Made by a program: the position numbers and the translations under genes
In this document: one piece after another, positions 56,317 to 64,000 of the stretch
How the letters are laid out: each line of letters opens with the position of its first letter
Position numbering within the stretch: position 1 is the first letter of the stretch
NCBI GenBank assembly: GCA_903861715.1
Contig: CAIOVI010000019.1
Location: 5,936 to 69,935 of the forward strand
From: an uncultured bacterium
GTDB lineage: Bacteria; Patescibacteriota; Minisyncoccia; Moranbacterales; GWC2-37-73
Direction of reading: 5' to 3'
Length of the DNA stretch: 64,000 nt
Notes under the pieces: generated by a model
The model's input: only the letters and a program-made list of their open reading frames with translations
The model's database searches: none
Told to the model about the DNA's origin: nothing

Positions 56317-57588
56317 ATGTTGGACAAAATAACACAAATTTTTAAGGTCAAAGAACTGCGTGATAAGATCCTCTTTATTTTAGGGGTTCTTATTGTTTTT
56401 CGCGTGGCTGCTAATATTCCTTTGCCAGGAGTTGACAGTGAGCAACTTCGTAGACTTTTTGAGGGCAATCAATTGCTCGGCATGCTTAACGTTTTTTCCG
56501 GAGGCGGCTTGACAAACATTTCAATCGTTATGTTGGGAGTGGGTCCTTATATCACAGCCTCAATCATCATGCAGCTTTTGACGATGATTGTGCCTAGCAT
56601 TGAACAAATTTACAAAGAAGAGGGCGAGGCTGGCAGGCAAAAATTCAACATGTGGACGCGTTGGCTCACTGTGCCTTTGGCAGTGATGCAGACTTTCGGG
56701 CTGGTGACTTTGCTGAAATCGCAAAACGTGATTGGCAATTTAACCCCGTTTAATTTAGCAGTGCTCATTTTGATTGCCACCACCGGAACCATCTTTTTGA
56801 TGTGGCTGGGAGAGCTCATCACGGAGAAAGGCATTGGTAATGGAGTTTCCCTTATCATTTTTGCCGGCATCGTCAGCAGTTTGCCTTCTTCAATCTCCAA
56901 ACTTTTTTTGACTTTTGATTCTTCTCAATTTTTCACCTATGCAATCATTCTGGCAGTCATGCTGGTGACGATTGCAGGCGTGGTTATGGTGACTGAGGGG
57001 CAACGCAATATTGAAGTTTCCTATGCCAAGCGAGTGCATGGCGGCAACACCTATGGCGGAGCTGCTTCGCATTTGCCGCTGCGAGTCAATCAAGCGGGTG
57101 TTATTCCGATCATTTTTGCAATGTCAATCATGCTTTTTCCTGGCATGATTGCAACTTTTTTGATGCGAGTCAGTAATCAAACCGTGGCGTCTTTTGCAAC
57201 TAGCGTGAACAATCTGTTTCAGAATCAAGTTTTTTATGGCAGTGCTTACTTTGTCTTGATTGTGCTCTTCACATATTTTTATACAGCTGTGGTTTTTGAT
57301 CCAGTGAAAATTTCAGAGAATTTGCAAAAACAAGGTGGTTATATTCCAGGTATTCGTCCAGGTAAGACTACGGCGGACTATTTGTTTAAAATCATGAACC
57401 GAATAACTTTGGCTGGCGCCTTGTTTCTGGGAGCTATTGCGGTCTTGCCATTCATTGTGCAGGGCCTGACCAACATTCAAACTTTGCGCATCGGTGGAAC
57501 AAGTGTGCTGATTGTCGTTTCAGTTGTCATCGAAACCATCAAACAAATTGAAGGACAATTAGTGATGCGAGACTACGAAGGATTTTAA
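56317..57588 (+). CDS. secY: preprotein translocase subunit SecY
   Basis: 10-TM protein with SecY blocks (GVGPYITASIIMQLL, GIGNGVSLIIF). Confidence 0.9.
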   Translation: MLDKITQIFKVKELRDKILFILGVLIVFRVAANIPLPGVDSEQLRRLFEGNQLLGMLNVFSGGGLTNISIVMLGVGPYITASIIMQLLTMIVPSIEQIYKEEGEAGRQKFNMWTRWLTVPLAVMQTFGLVTLLKSQNVIGNLTPFNLAVLILIATTGTIFLMWLGELITEKGIGNGVSLIIFAGIVSSLPSSISKLFLTFDSSQFFTYAIILAVMLVTIAGVVMVTEGQRNIEVSYAKRVHGGNTYGGAASHLPLRVNQAGVIPIIFAMSIMLFPGMIATFLMRVSNQTVASFATSVNNLFQNQVFYGSAYFVLIVLFTYFYTAVVFDPVKISENLQKQGGYIPGIRPGKTTADYLFKIMNRITLAGALFLGAIAVLPFIVQGLTNIQTLRIGGTSVLIVVSVVIETIKQIEGQLVMRDYEGF

Positions 57589-57598
57589 AAGTCACAAA

Positions 57599-57658
57599 AC
57601 ATAGAGCATAGAGCATAGAGCATTTTTGTTCCATGTTCCATGTTCCATGTTCCATGTT
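57599..57658 (+). repeat. two adjacent tandem heptamer arrays, (catagag)x3 and (ccatgtt)x4, ending at the adk ATG
   Basis: acatagagcatagagcatagagcatttttgttccatgttccatgttccatgttccatgtt. Confidence 0.8.
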
Positions 57659-57660
57659 TA

Positions 57661-58308
57661 ATGAATTTGATAATCTTCGGTCCCCAGGGCTCTGGCAAGG
57701 GGACGCAAGCCAACAAACTAGCCGAGAAATTTAATCTGTCCCATCTTGAAACCGGACAGATTTTTCGTGATATTGCTAGAGAAGATTCTTCCTTGGGAAG
57801 AAAAATAAAAGAGTTGAATGAAAATAAAGAAATGATTCCAGATCAAATTACAGTTGAAGTCCTGAGGCATTTTCTAGAACTGGTTCCTTCTGAAAAAGGC
57901 GTTATTCTGGACAGCGCTCCGCGCACTTTTGGTCAAATTGAGCCAGTTGAAAAAACCATGCAAGAAGAAGGTCGAACTATAGATAAGGCCATCTATATCG
58001 CGCTTTCATATGAAGAATCCGTAGCTAGAATAACCAAGCGCTTCGCTTGCACCAAGTGTTTCAGACATTTCGTGCTTGGAAAAGACATCCAAGATAGCAG
58101 TGAAAATTGTCCAACCTGCGGAGGTCTAATTATGCAAAGAGGTGACGACACCCCAGATGGAATTGCCAAGCGACTCAAAACTTTTTATGAAGTTACGATG
58201 CCGGTCATTGAGCATTATCGAGCAAAGGGAATGTTGATCGAGGTGGATGGAAAGCAGGGAGTGGAGGAAGTTTTTGAGGATATTTTAAGAGGATTAAATA
58301 AGGAATAG
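57661..58308 (+). CDS. adk: adenylate kinase (with Cys4 zinc LID)
   Basis: IIFGPQGSGKGTQ P-loop, plus CTKC ... CPTCGG in the LID domain. Confidence 0.9.
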   Translation: MNLIIFGPQGSGKGTQANKLAEKFNLSHLETGQIFRDIAREDSSLGRKIKELNENKEMIPDQITVEVLRHFLELVPSEKGVILDSAPRTFGQIEPVEKTMQEEGRTIDKAIYIALSYEESVARITKRFACTKCFRHFVLGKDIQDSSENCPTCGGLIMQRGDDTPDGIAKRLKTFYEVTMPVIEHYRAKGMLIEVDGKQGVEEVFEDILRGLNKE

Positions 58309-58443
58309 AGTTTTATCAATCTATTATAGAAAAACAATTTTTAATTTTTAATTTTTAATTTTCAAAATATTAAATTTTAAAACATTTAATTAAACATTTT
58401 AATTTGATTTCAAATTTCAAATTTCAAATTTAAAATTCAGCAG

Positions 58444-59208
58444 ATGAGTATTCACATCAAAACTGAATCTGAACTTGCCAGCATGCGCTTGGCCGGCAAA
58501 AAGCTGGCTGAGGTGATGCGCGCATTGGAAAAAGAAATCAGGCCCGGAGTTTCAACTCTGCAGCTGGATCAGTTGGCTGAAAAGCTCATTTTGGAGCGTG
58601 GTGGTCGTCCAGCTTTCAAGGGCTATGGTGGCGGCAAAAATCCTTTTCCAGCCAGTATTTGCGCTTCAATCAACAATGAAATTGTGCATGGGATTCCAAG
58701 TGGCGAAAAAATTCTTCAAGCGGGGGATGTTTTTAAGGTTGATATGGGCTTGGAAATCGAGGGCTTCTGTTCCGACATGGCGCGAACTTTTGCGGTGGGG
58801 CAAATTTCGCCAGAAGCTCAAAAATTGATTGAAACGACCCAGCAAGCTTTTTGGCAAGGCATCAAAAGACTTAAAGCCGGAAAAATGCTCAGTGACTATT
58901 CCAAAGTAGCTGAAAAAACTGTCATCAAGGAGGGTTTTTCAGTGGTGCGAAATTTGGTGGGGCATGGCATTGGCAGGGACTTGCATGAGGATCCTCAAGT
59001 GCCAAATTTTTTTGAAAAAAACTTTCGCGATGTCCAGCTTCAAGCTGGAATGACGCTGGCACTGGAACCGATGGTTAATGCTGGCGATTTTAAAACCGTG
59101 CTGGGCAAAGACGGCTGGGTTTTTGAAACAGCCGACGGCTCGCTTAGCGCTCACTATGAAAACACAATTTTGATTACAAAAAATGGAGTTGAGATTTTGA
59201 CGCAATAA
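58444..59208 (+). CDS. map: type I methionine aminopeptidase
   Basis: Pita-bread fold with His/Asp/Glu metal-ligand blocks (FKVDMG, HGIGRDLHE, ALEPM). Confidence 0.9.
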   Translation: MSIHIKTESELASMRLAGKKLAEVMRALEKEIRPGVSTLQLDQLAEKLILERGGRPAFKGYGGGKNPFPASICASINNEIVHGIPSGEKILQAGDVFKVDMGLEIEGFCSDMARTFAVGQISPEAQKLIETTQQAFWQGIKRLKAGKMLSDYSKVAEKTVIKEGFSVVRNLVGHGIGRDLHEDPQVPNFFEKNFRDVQLQAGMTLALEPMVNAGDFKTVLGKDGWVFETADGSLSAHYENTILITKNGVEILTQ

Positions 59209-59304
59209 AATAGATTCTAGAATCTTGATTCTGGATTTTAGAATTTTGGATAAAAAAAGACCCCATGGTTTCTGCAATGAGAAAGGGGGATTAAGATTCT
59301 GGCA

Positions 59305-59336
59305 GTCACGAAATAGCTTATGGTATTTCGTGACTC
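59305..59336 (+). terminator. terminator-like hairpin after map (12-bp stem agtcacgaaata / tatttcgtgact)
   Basis: Read from the sequence. A T-rich stretch follows. Confidence 0.5.
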
Positions 59337-59896
59337 AGATTCATTTGTTATTTCATTGCCGTTTTTTGGACATGAAGGAATTTGTTGCTCCAAAAATAAT
59401 GAGAAAGAGAAATAGTGCAAGAGGTCCTTTTACTATCTCTATGCAGATTTTAAAGGTATTTGGGAATATAATCCCAGATATCATTGTTAAAAAGAGTAAC
59501 AAATAAAGCGTCTTTAGTTGTTTCTGTATCATTTCTTCTTCCTTATTGTTTTTGTAAAGAGACTTCTTTTTTTTCTTCAAAACGCCAGCAAAAATAAAGA
59601 ACCGGGGCTAAAATAAAAAATGGCACCGCCCAAAGCCTTTCACGTAACCAGATATCAGTTTCTATTAACTGAAAGTTTGTACATATCGTGTAGCAAATTG
59701 CTGATAAAAACGACATGCCTTGAATGATAATTAGAAATTTTGTCTTTTTGGATAAATATTTACAGGCATAGAGCATGGATGCATTTTTTTTCATTATTTT
59801 CTTTTTTTAAAAAACATTTTGGGAAAATATGCTATACTATATAAGAACAATTCATATTATATCATAATTATGTCAAAGTCAAGAGGGTGGGAAAAT

Positions 59897-60301
59897 ATGG
59901 CTCAAGCAAGCTCTTTTTTGGGGTTAGATTTTGGGCAATCCAAAATTGGTTTGGCGATTGCTGACGAGGAAACCAGGATGGCTTTCGCTTTGGACGCTTT
60001 TAAAAATGACCAGAGTTTTTTTGTCAAATTGAAAGAAATTGTTCAGCAGAAAAATGTTGCCAAGATTATCATAGGCATGGCTCGACACAGCAATGATTTG
60101 CAAGGCAGTCAGGAAAAAATAGCTTTTGGCCAAAAAATTGAAAATGAATTAAAGCTGCCGGTTGAGTTTGCGGATGAAATGTTTTCAACCAAAATGGCCC
60201 ATGCAAACCTCAAAACGCATGGTGGCAAAAATCTTGCCCAATTTGATGATCAAGAAGCCGCCCGAATTATCTTGCAAGGCTGGCTAGACAAAACACAATG
60301 A
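59897..60301 (+). CDS. ruvX: RuvX/YqgF Holliday-junction-resolvase-like putative pre-16S rRNA nuclease
   Basis: LGLDFGQSKIGLAIADE N-terminal motif of the YqgF family. The start is at MAQASS, preceded by gagggtgg. Confidence 0.8.
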   Translation: MAQASSFLGLDFGQSKIGLAIADEETRMAFALDAFKNDQSFFVKLKEIVQQKNVAKIIIGMARHSNDLQGSQEKIAFGQKIENELKLPVEFADEMFSTKMAHANLKTHGGKNLAQFDDQEAARIILQGWLDKTQ

Positions 60302-60333
60302 TAACCAAGATACAATAACCAAGGTATAATAAC

Positions 60334-60374
60334 CCTGCCTACCTGCCTATCGGCAGACAGGCCGGCAGGCAGGC
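60334..60374. repeat. GC-rich hairpin related to the element-A palindrome (cctgcctacctgcc ... ggcaggcaggc)
   Basis: Shares the gcctgcctacc motif with 14638-14659 and 30307-30328. Confidence 0.4.
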
Positions 60375-60557
60375 AAACAAAATTCAATAATCAAAACTCA
60401 AGCATTCAAAGCCTTTGTATTTTTGGATATTGGAATTTGAAACTTGTTTGTGATTTGTATCTTGTGTCTTGTTTCTTTATAAATTTTCTAGTTACTAGTT
60501 GGCCTAGGCATATTTTAATCCTGTGGTATAATTAGAACATCTAATAAGTAATATAAA

Positions 60558-61319
60558 ATGCAGATGGAAAAAAAACCATATTTGTCAGTAGTAGTTCCTG
60601 CTTATAGGGAACAAGAAAGAATTGGAAGTAATCTTTTGGAAATTGAAAGTTTTTTGAGTGGCAAAAATTTCGACTATGAAATTATTGTGGTGGTGGATGG
60701 TTCCCCGGACAACACTGCTCAAGTGGCGGAAAATTATGCCAGTCAGGTGAAAAATTTGCGAGTGATTAACAACGCAGAAAATCATGGCAAGGGCTTCGTG
60801 GTGCGACAAGGACTGCTTGAAGCCAAAGGTCAATATGTGGTTTTTCTTGATGCAGATGGTTCAACTTCAATCACCCACGTAGAGAAGGCTTTACCAGAAC
60901 TTGAAAAAGGGGCTGGGCTTGTGATTGGTTCTCGCAAAATTAAGGGCGCTTTCATTCAAATTCATCAACCAAGGCACCGTGAAATTATGGGAGAGGGTGG
61001 CAATTGGCTCATCCGCATTGTTTTGGGACTTTGGAGTTTCCCAGACACCCAATGTGGCTTCAAAATGCTCACTGGGCAAGCTGCTCATGAAGTTGCCAAG
61101 CGCATGGTGGTTGATCGTTTCGGTTTTGATTTTGAATTAATTGTGCTGGCCAAGGCCCTTGGATTTAAAGTTGTGCAAATGCCAGTGCGCTGGCTCAATG
61201 AAGAAGGTTCAACTGTGAGCTTGACTGGACCGAATGGTTTTATTCAAGTTTTGATTGATTTATTTAAGACAAAATGGCGACTCATCACTGGAAAATATAA
61301 TATCAAGAAGGTAAAATAA
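60558..61319 (+). CDS. family 2 glycosyltransferase (polyprenyl-phosphate sugar synthase-like)
   Basis: LSVVVPAYREQERI ... VVVDGSPDNT ... FLDADG GT2 (DxD) blocks. Confidence 0.8.
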   Translation: MQMEKKPYLSVVVPAYREQERIGSNLLEIESFLSGKNFDYEIIVVVDGSPDNTAQVAENYASQVKNLRVINNAENHGKGFVVRQGLLEAKGQYVVFLDADGSTSITHVEKALPELEKGAGLVIGSRKIKGAFIQIHQPRHREIMGEGGNWLIRIVLGLWSFPDTQCGFKMLTGQAAHEVAKRMVVDRFGFDFELIVLAKALGFKVVQMPVRWLNEEGSTVSLTGPNGFIQVLIDLFKTKWRLITGKYNIKKVK

Positions 61320-61461
61320 TTGTCGTGAAAAAAAAAGAACGAGATGAGATGTCCAATGCCTAATTTCTAATGTAGGAAAAGAAATTAGCGAGCAAAATAG
61401 AAAATATCGGATGTAATTTTTAATAAAGTATGAATAGGATAAATAGTTTTAGAGGAAAATA

Positions 61462-61503
61462 AAAATTCGAGTCATTCGAGTGAAAATTCGAGTCATTCGG
61501 GTC
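61462..61503 (+). repeat. tandem direct repeat of about 21 nt (aaaattcgagtcattcgRgt x2) ending at the galT-like start
   Basis: aaaaattcgagtcattcgagtgaaaattcgagtcattcgggtcgcc. Confidence 0.75.
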
Positions 61504-61507
61504 GCCA

Positions 61508-62575
61508 ATGGCGATGCAAATAAACATCAACAACACAACTGAAGAAGAGGCTGAAGAAAAAAAGCAGCCTGAAAAGGTGCAGACTTCCCAATTGCGACAG
61601 GATTTGGTGACTGGTGATTGGGTGGTGATTGCAACTGGACGTGCCAAGCGCCCTGATTCTTTTGGTGATTTTGAAAGAATTAAAGATGACAAAGGAATTG
61701 AAAAATGCATTTTCGAAGATCCGGTGGCAAGTGGGCAGCAACCTGACGTGCTGATTTATACTGACAACAACAACGAATGGACTTTGCGGGTTTTTCCAAA
61801 TCTTTTTCCAACCGTTTCTCCAGCTCCGGCAATGAAACCAACCACCGAAGGGCCATATTTTTCAATGCCAGGCGTGGGCTTTCATGAATTGGTGGTGACC
61901 AGAGACCATTTCAAGCAACTGGCCCTCATGAATGTGCTGGAAGTGGCGGAAGTTTTCGATGCCTATCAAGATCGTTATCTTGATTTGATGAACAAGAAAA
62001 ATGTCAATTTCATTGCTATTTTTCATAATCACGGCAAGGAAGCAGGGGCTTCAATTGCCCATCCCCATTCTCAAATCATGGCCATCCCGGTCATTGCGCC
62101 CTATCCGAAATCAGAACTTGATGGCGCCGAAAGTTATCACCGACACAACAAACATTGCGTGTATTGCGTGATGAGTGAGTTCGAGAGTGATTTCAAAGAA
62201 AGAGTGGTTTTTGAAAATGATGAGTTCATCGCTTTTTGTCCTTTTGCCTCGCGTTCAGCTTTTGAAGTTTGGGTGATGCCCAAAAAGCACAGCCCTTATT
62301 TTGAACGAATTACGGACACAGAGAAAATAAAATTGGCCGAAGTTTTCAGCAAAGGCTTGAATGCAATTTACAAGGCACTCAATGATCCTCCTTACAACTT
62401 TTATATCAACACCTCGCCGTGTGATGGCAAAGATTATCCCCATTTTCACTGGCACATTGAAATTTTGCCACACACTTCCATTTGGGCAGGCTTTGAGCTT
62501 GAAACTGGAGTGGAAATTTCAACTATTGAGCCAGAAGTAGCAGCGGAATATCTGCGAAAGCAAGTCAGTAATTAG
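61508..62575 (+). CDS. galT: galactose-1-phosphate uridylyltransferase family protein (HIT-like)
   Basis: IAHPHSQIMAIP contains the HxHxQ active-site motif. An upstream CxxC ... HxH region fits the GalT Zn site. Confidence 0.7.
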   Translation: MAMQININNTTEEEAEEKKQPEKVQTSQLRQDLVTGDWVVIATGRAKRPDSFGDFERIKDDKGIEKCIFEDPVASGQQPDVLIYTDNNNEWTLRVFPNLFPTVSPAPAMKPTTEGPYFSMPGVGFHELVVTRDHFKQLALMNVLEVAEVFDAYQDRYLDLMNKKNVNFIAIFHNHGKEAGASIAHPHSQIMAIPVIAPYPKSELDGAESYHRHNKHCVYCVMSEFESDFKERVVFENDEFIAFCPFASRSAFEVWVMPKKHSPYFERITDTEKIKLAEVFSKGLNAIYKALNDPPYNFYINTSPCDGKDYPHFHWHIEILPHTSIWAGFELETGVEISTIEPEVAAEYLRKQVSN

Positions 62576-62736
62576 TAATCAGTAGCTAGTAACCAATGAT
62601 TAATAATTTCTAAAAAAGAAATGGATTAAAATTGTTATATTGTTATATTGTCATATTGTTTTTTATAAATTTTATTATCAATATATCCGTATATCAATAT
62701 AACAATGTAGCAATGTAGCAATTAAAATTATATTTT

Positions 62737-63216
62737 ATGCACACTATTATAATCAACTTCTTCGCAGGTTTCCCGAAAGAATTGGCAACGTTTTTGATTG
62801 CGCTGATTCCAATCACGGAACTGCGAGCTTCAATTCCCTTGGCTATCAAGGTTTATGGTTTGTCGCCGACAGTGGCATTGCTTTATTCTGTGGCTGGAAC
62901 CTTTTTTGCGATGGCTGTTATCGTGCTACTCTTGGATCCGATTGCAAAACTGCTTTCCAAATACATTCCGATTTTTGAAAAGTTTTTCGCTTGGCTTTTT
63001 GAGCACACTCGCAAAAGAGCAGGTGACAAGATGGAAAAGTATGGCGAGTGGGCGATTTTCATTTTGGCTGCCACGCCAATTCCACTTTTGGGCGGCATGA
63101 CAGGAGCGCTAGCAGCTTTTGTGTTTGGCATTCCTCTCAAAAAATCTTTGCCATTGCTTTTGATTGGCACGATTGTTTCAGGGTTAATCGTGATGGGGGT
63201 AACAATCTATTTTTAG
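62737..63216 (+). CDS. COG2426-type small multidrug-export-like membrane protein
   Basis: 159 aa, four TM helices. The N-terminus ELATFLIALIPITELRASIPLAI is typical of this family. Confidence 0.55.
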   Translation: MHTIIINFFAGFPKELATFLIALIPITELRASIPLAIKVYGLSPTVALLYSVAGTFFAMAVIVLLLDPIAKLLSKYIPIFEKFFAWLFEHTRKRAGDKMEKYGEWAIFILAATPIPLLGGMTGALAAFVFGIPLKKSLPLLLIGTIVSGLIVMGVTIYF

Positions 63217-63256
63217 GGAATTTGAAATTAAAATAAATATAGTTATTGCTTGGCAC

Positions 63257-63568
63257 GTGTTTATGCCTTATAATAAATTTATGCTTAAGCAAGAATACAC
63301 AGAAAGGATAAAAAAAATTCTGAAAAAACAGCTCACCAAAGGTGAAAAAGTTTTTATTTTTGGTTCAAGTGTTAGCAGTGAAAGATTTGGGGATGTGGAT
63401 TTGGCAATTGTCTCTGAGCAGGCGATGGATTTTTCAGTTATGTTAAAAATTAAAGATGATTTGGAAGAGTCAACCTTGCCTTATAAATTTGATGTGGTTG
63501 AGATTAATCAAACTAACGACCCTTTTCGCACCCACGTGATGAAGGGAGAAAAAATATGGATTATTTAG
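63257..63568 (+). CDS. minimal nucleotidyltransferase (HI0073-like)
   Basis: IFGSSVSSERFGDVDLAIV NTase motif. Confidence 0.75.
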   Translation: MFMPYNKFMLKQEYTERIKKILKKQLTKGEKVFIFGSSVSSERFGDVDLAIVSEQAMDFSVMLKIKDDLEESTLPYKFDVVEINQTNDPFRTHVMKGEKIWII

Positions 63569-63957
63569 AAGAAAAATACGCTCAATTGCTGCAAGCAATG
63601 CAAGCTTGGCAAAGAGCACTGGAGGCTCCCTTTTCTGATATTTCCAGGGATGCTTCAATCCAAAGATATGAATTTTCGTTTGAACTTCTTTGGAAAGTTA
63701 TAAAAAAGTATTTAAAAGAAATTGAAGGTTTTGAGCGGAATTCTCCCAAGGCTTGTTTTCGAGAAATTCGGATGACTCTTGATATCAGTGAAGAAGATAT
63801 TGAAATCTGTATGAGTATGATAGAGGATAGAAATTTGTCAGTGCATACCTATTCTGAGGAAATGGCGATGGTTTTGTATAATAAACTGCCTGAATATTTG
63901 AGAGTGTCAAACGTAATTGCTGAAAAAATCAAAGTCAAAGCTGGGCTGGGGAAATAG
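63556..63957 (+). CDS. HEPN-domain nucleotidyltransferase substrate-binding protein (HI0074 family)
   Basis: Overlaps the NTase gene by 13 nt. It has the HI0074-type helical sequence and ends with an NLSVHTY Rx4-6H-like region. Confidence 0.7.
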   Translation: MDYLEEKYAQLLQAMQAWQRALEAPFSDISRDASIQRYEFSFELLWKVIKKYLKEIEGFERNSPKACFREIRMTLDISEEDIEICMSMIEDRNLSVHTYSEEMAMVLYNKLPEYLRVSNVIAEKIKVKAGLGK

Positions 63958-64000
63958 TGGAAAGAAAAAAGCGTATAAAATAGGCAAAAATCCAAAATCT

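Noticed and set aside
59353-59794. Two overlapping minus-strand ORFs (75 and 83 aa) predicting small membrane proteins
   Set aside because: AT-rich region with mutually overlapping frames and no motif. They could be real small proteins but cannot be supported from sequence alone.

Overview
Low-GC bacterial window with tightly packed genes and many small hypothetical proteins. It is probably from a Candidate Phyla Radiation (Patescibacteria)-like genome; this is inference, and one supporting clue is the absence of L30 from the ribosomal cluster. The core content is mostly housekeeping. It includes a glyQS 3' end, an RND efflux pair, thioredoxin, mreB-mreC-mreD with a PBP2 gene, comEC, ndk and rpmB. 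The str operon genes rpsL-rpsG-fusA are separated from tuf by an accessory island of about 7.9 kb. A long S10/spc-type ribosomal-protein cluster runs rpsJ through rplO, then secY, adk and map, followed by ruvX, a GT2 glycosyltransferase and a galT-like gene. Three things stand out. (1) Nearly every gene junction in the r-protein cluster carries a near-identical spacer of about 100 bp (about 12 copies) ending in a duplicated aattaggatat motif immediately before the ATG. (2) The fusA-tuf island is punctuated by a 35-bp GGAGG-hairpin palindrome family and carries an NTase/HEPN pair, a PD-(D/E)xK-like gene, a PUR-like DUF3276 gene and coiled-coil repeat proteins. (3) The non-coding DNA is unusually rich in several distinct dispersed palindrome or hairpin repeat families and in short tandem repeats directly upstream of start codons. 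The families are an element of about 115 nt present in two inverted copies, a palindromic element of about 90 nt around the comEC/ndk genes, a 40-bp perfect palindrome flanking a SEC-C gene, and CCATATAT and GTCCAT hairpin families. Accessory content also includes a SWIM-SNF2 helicase next to a DEDDy exonuclease and a DUF45 metallohydrolase, a class II Fic protein beside a RhuM remnant, and a very large surface lipase / beta-helix protein with an SN microsatellite. No rRNA, confident tRNA or CRISPR array was found.
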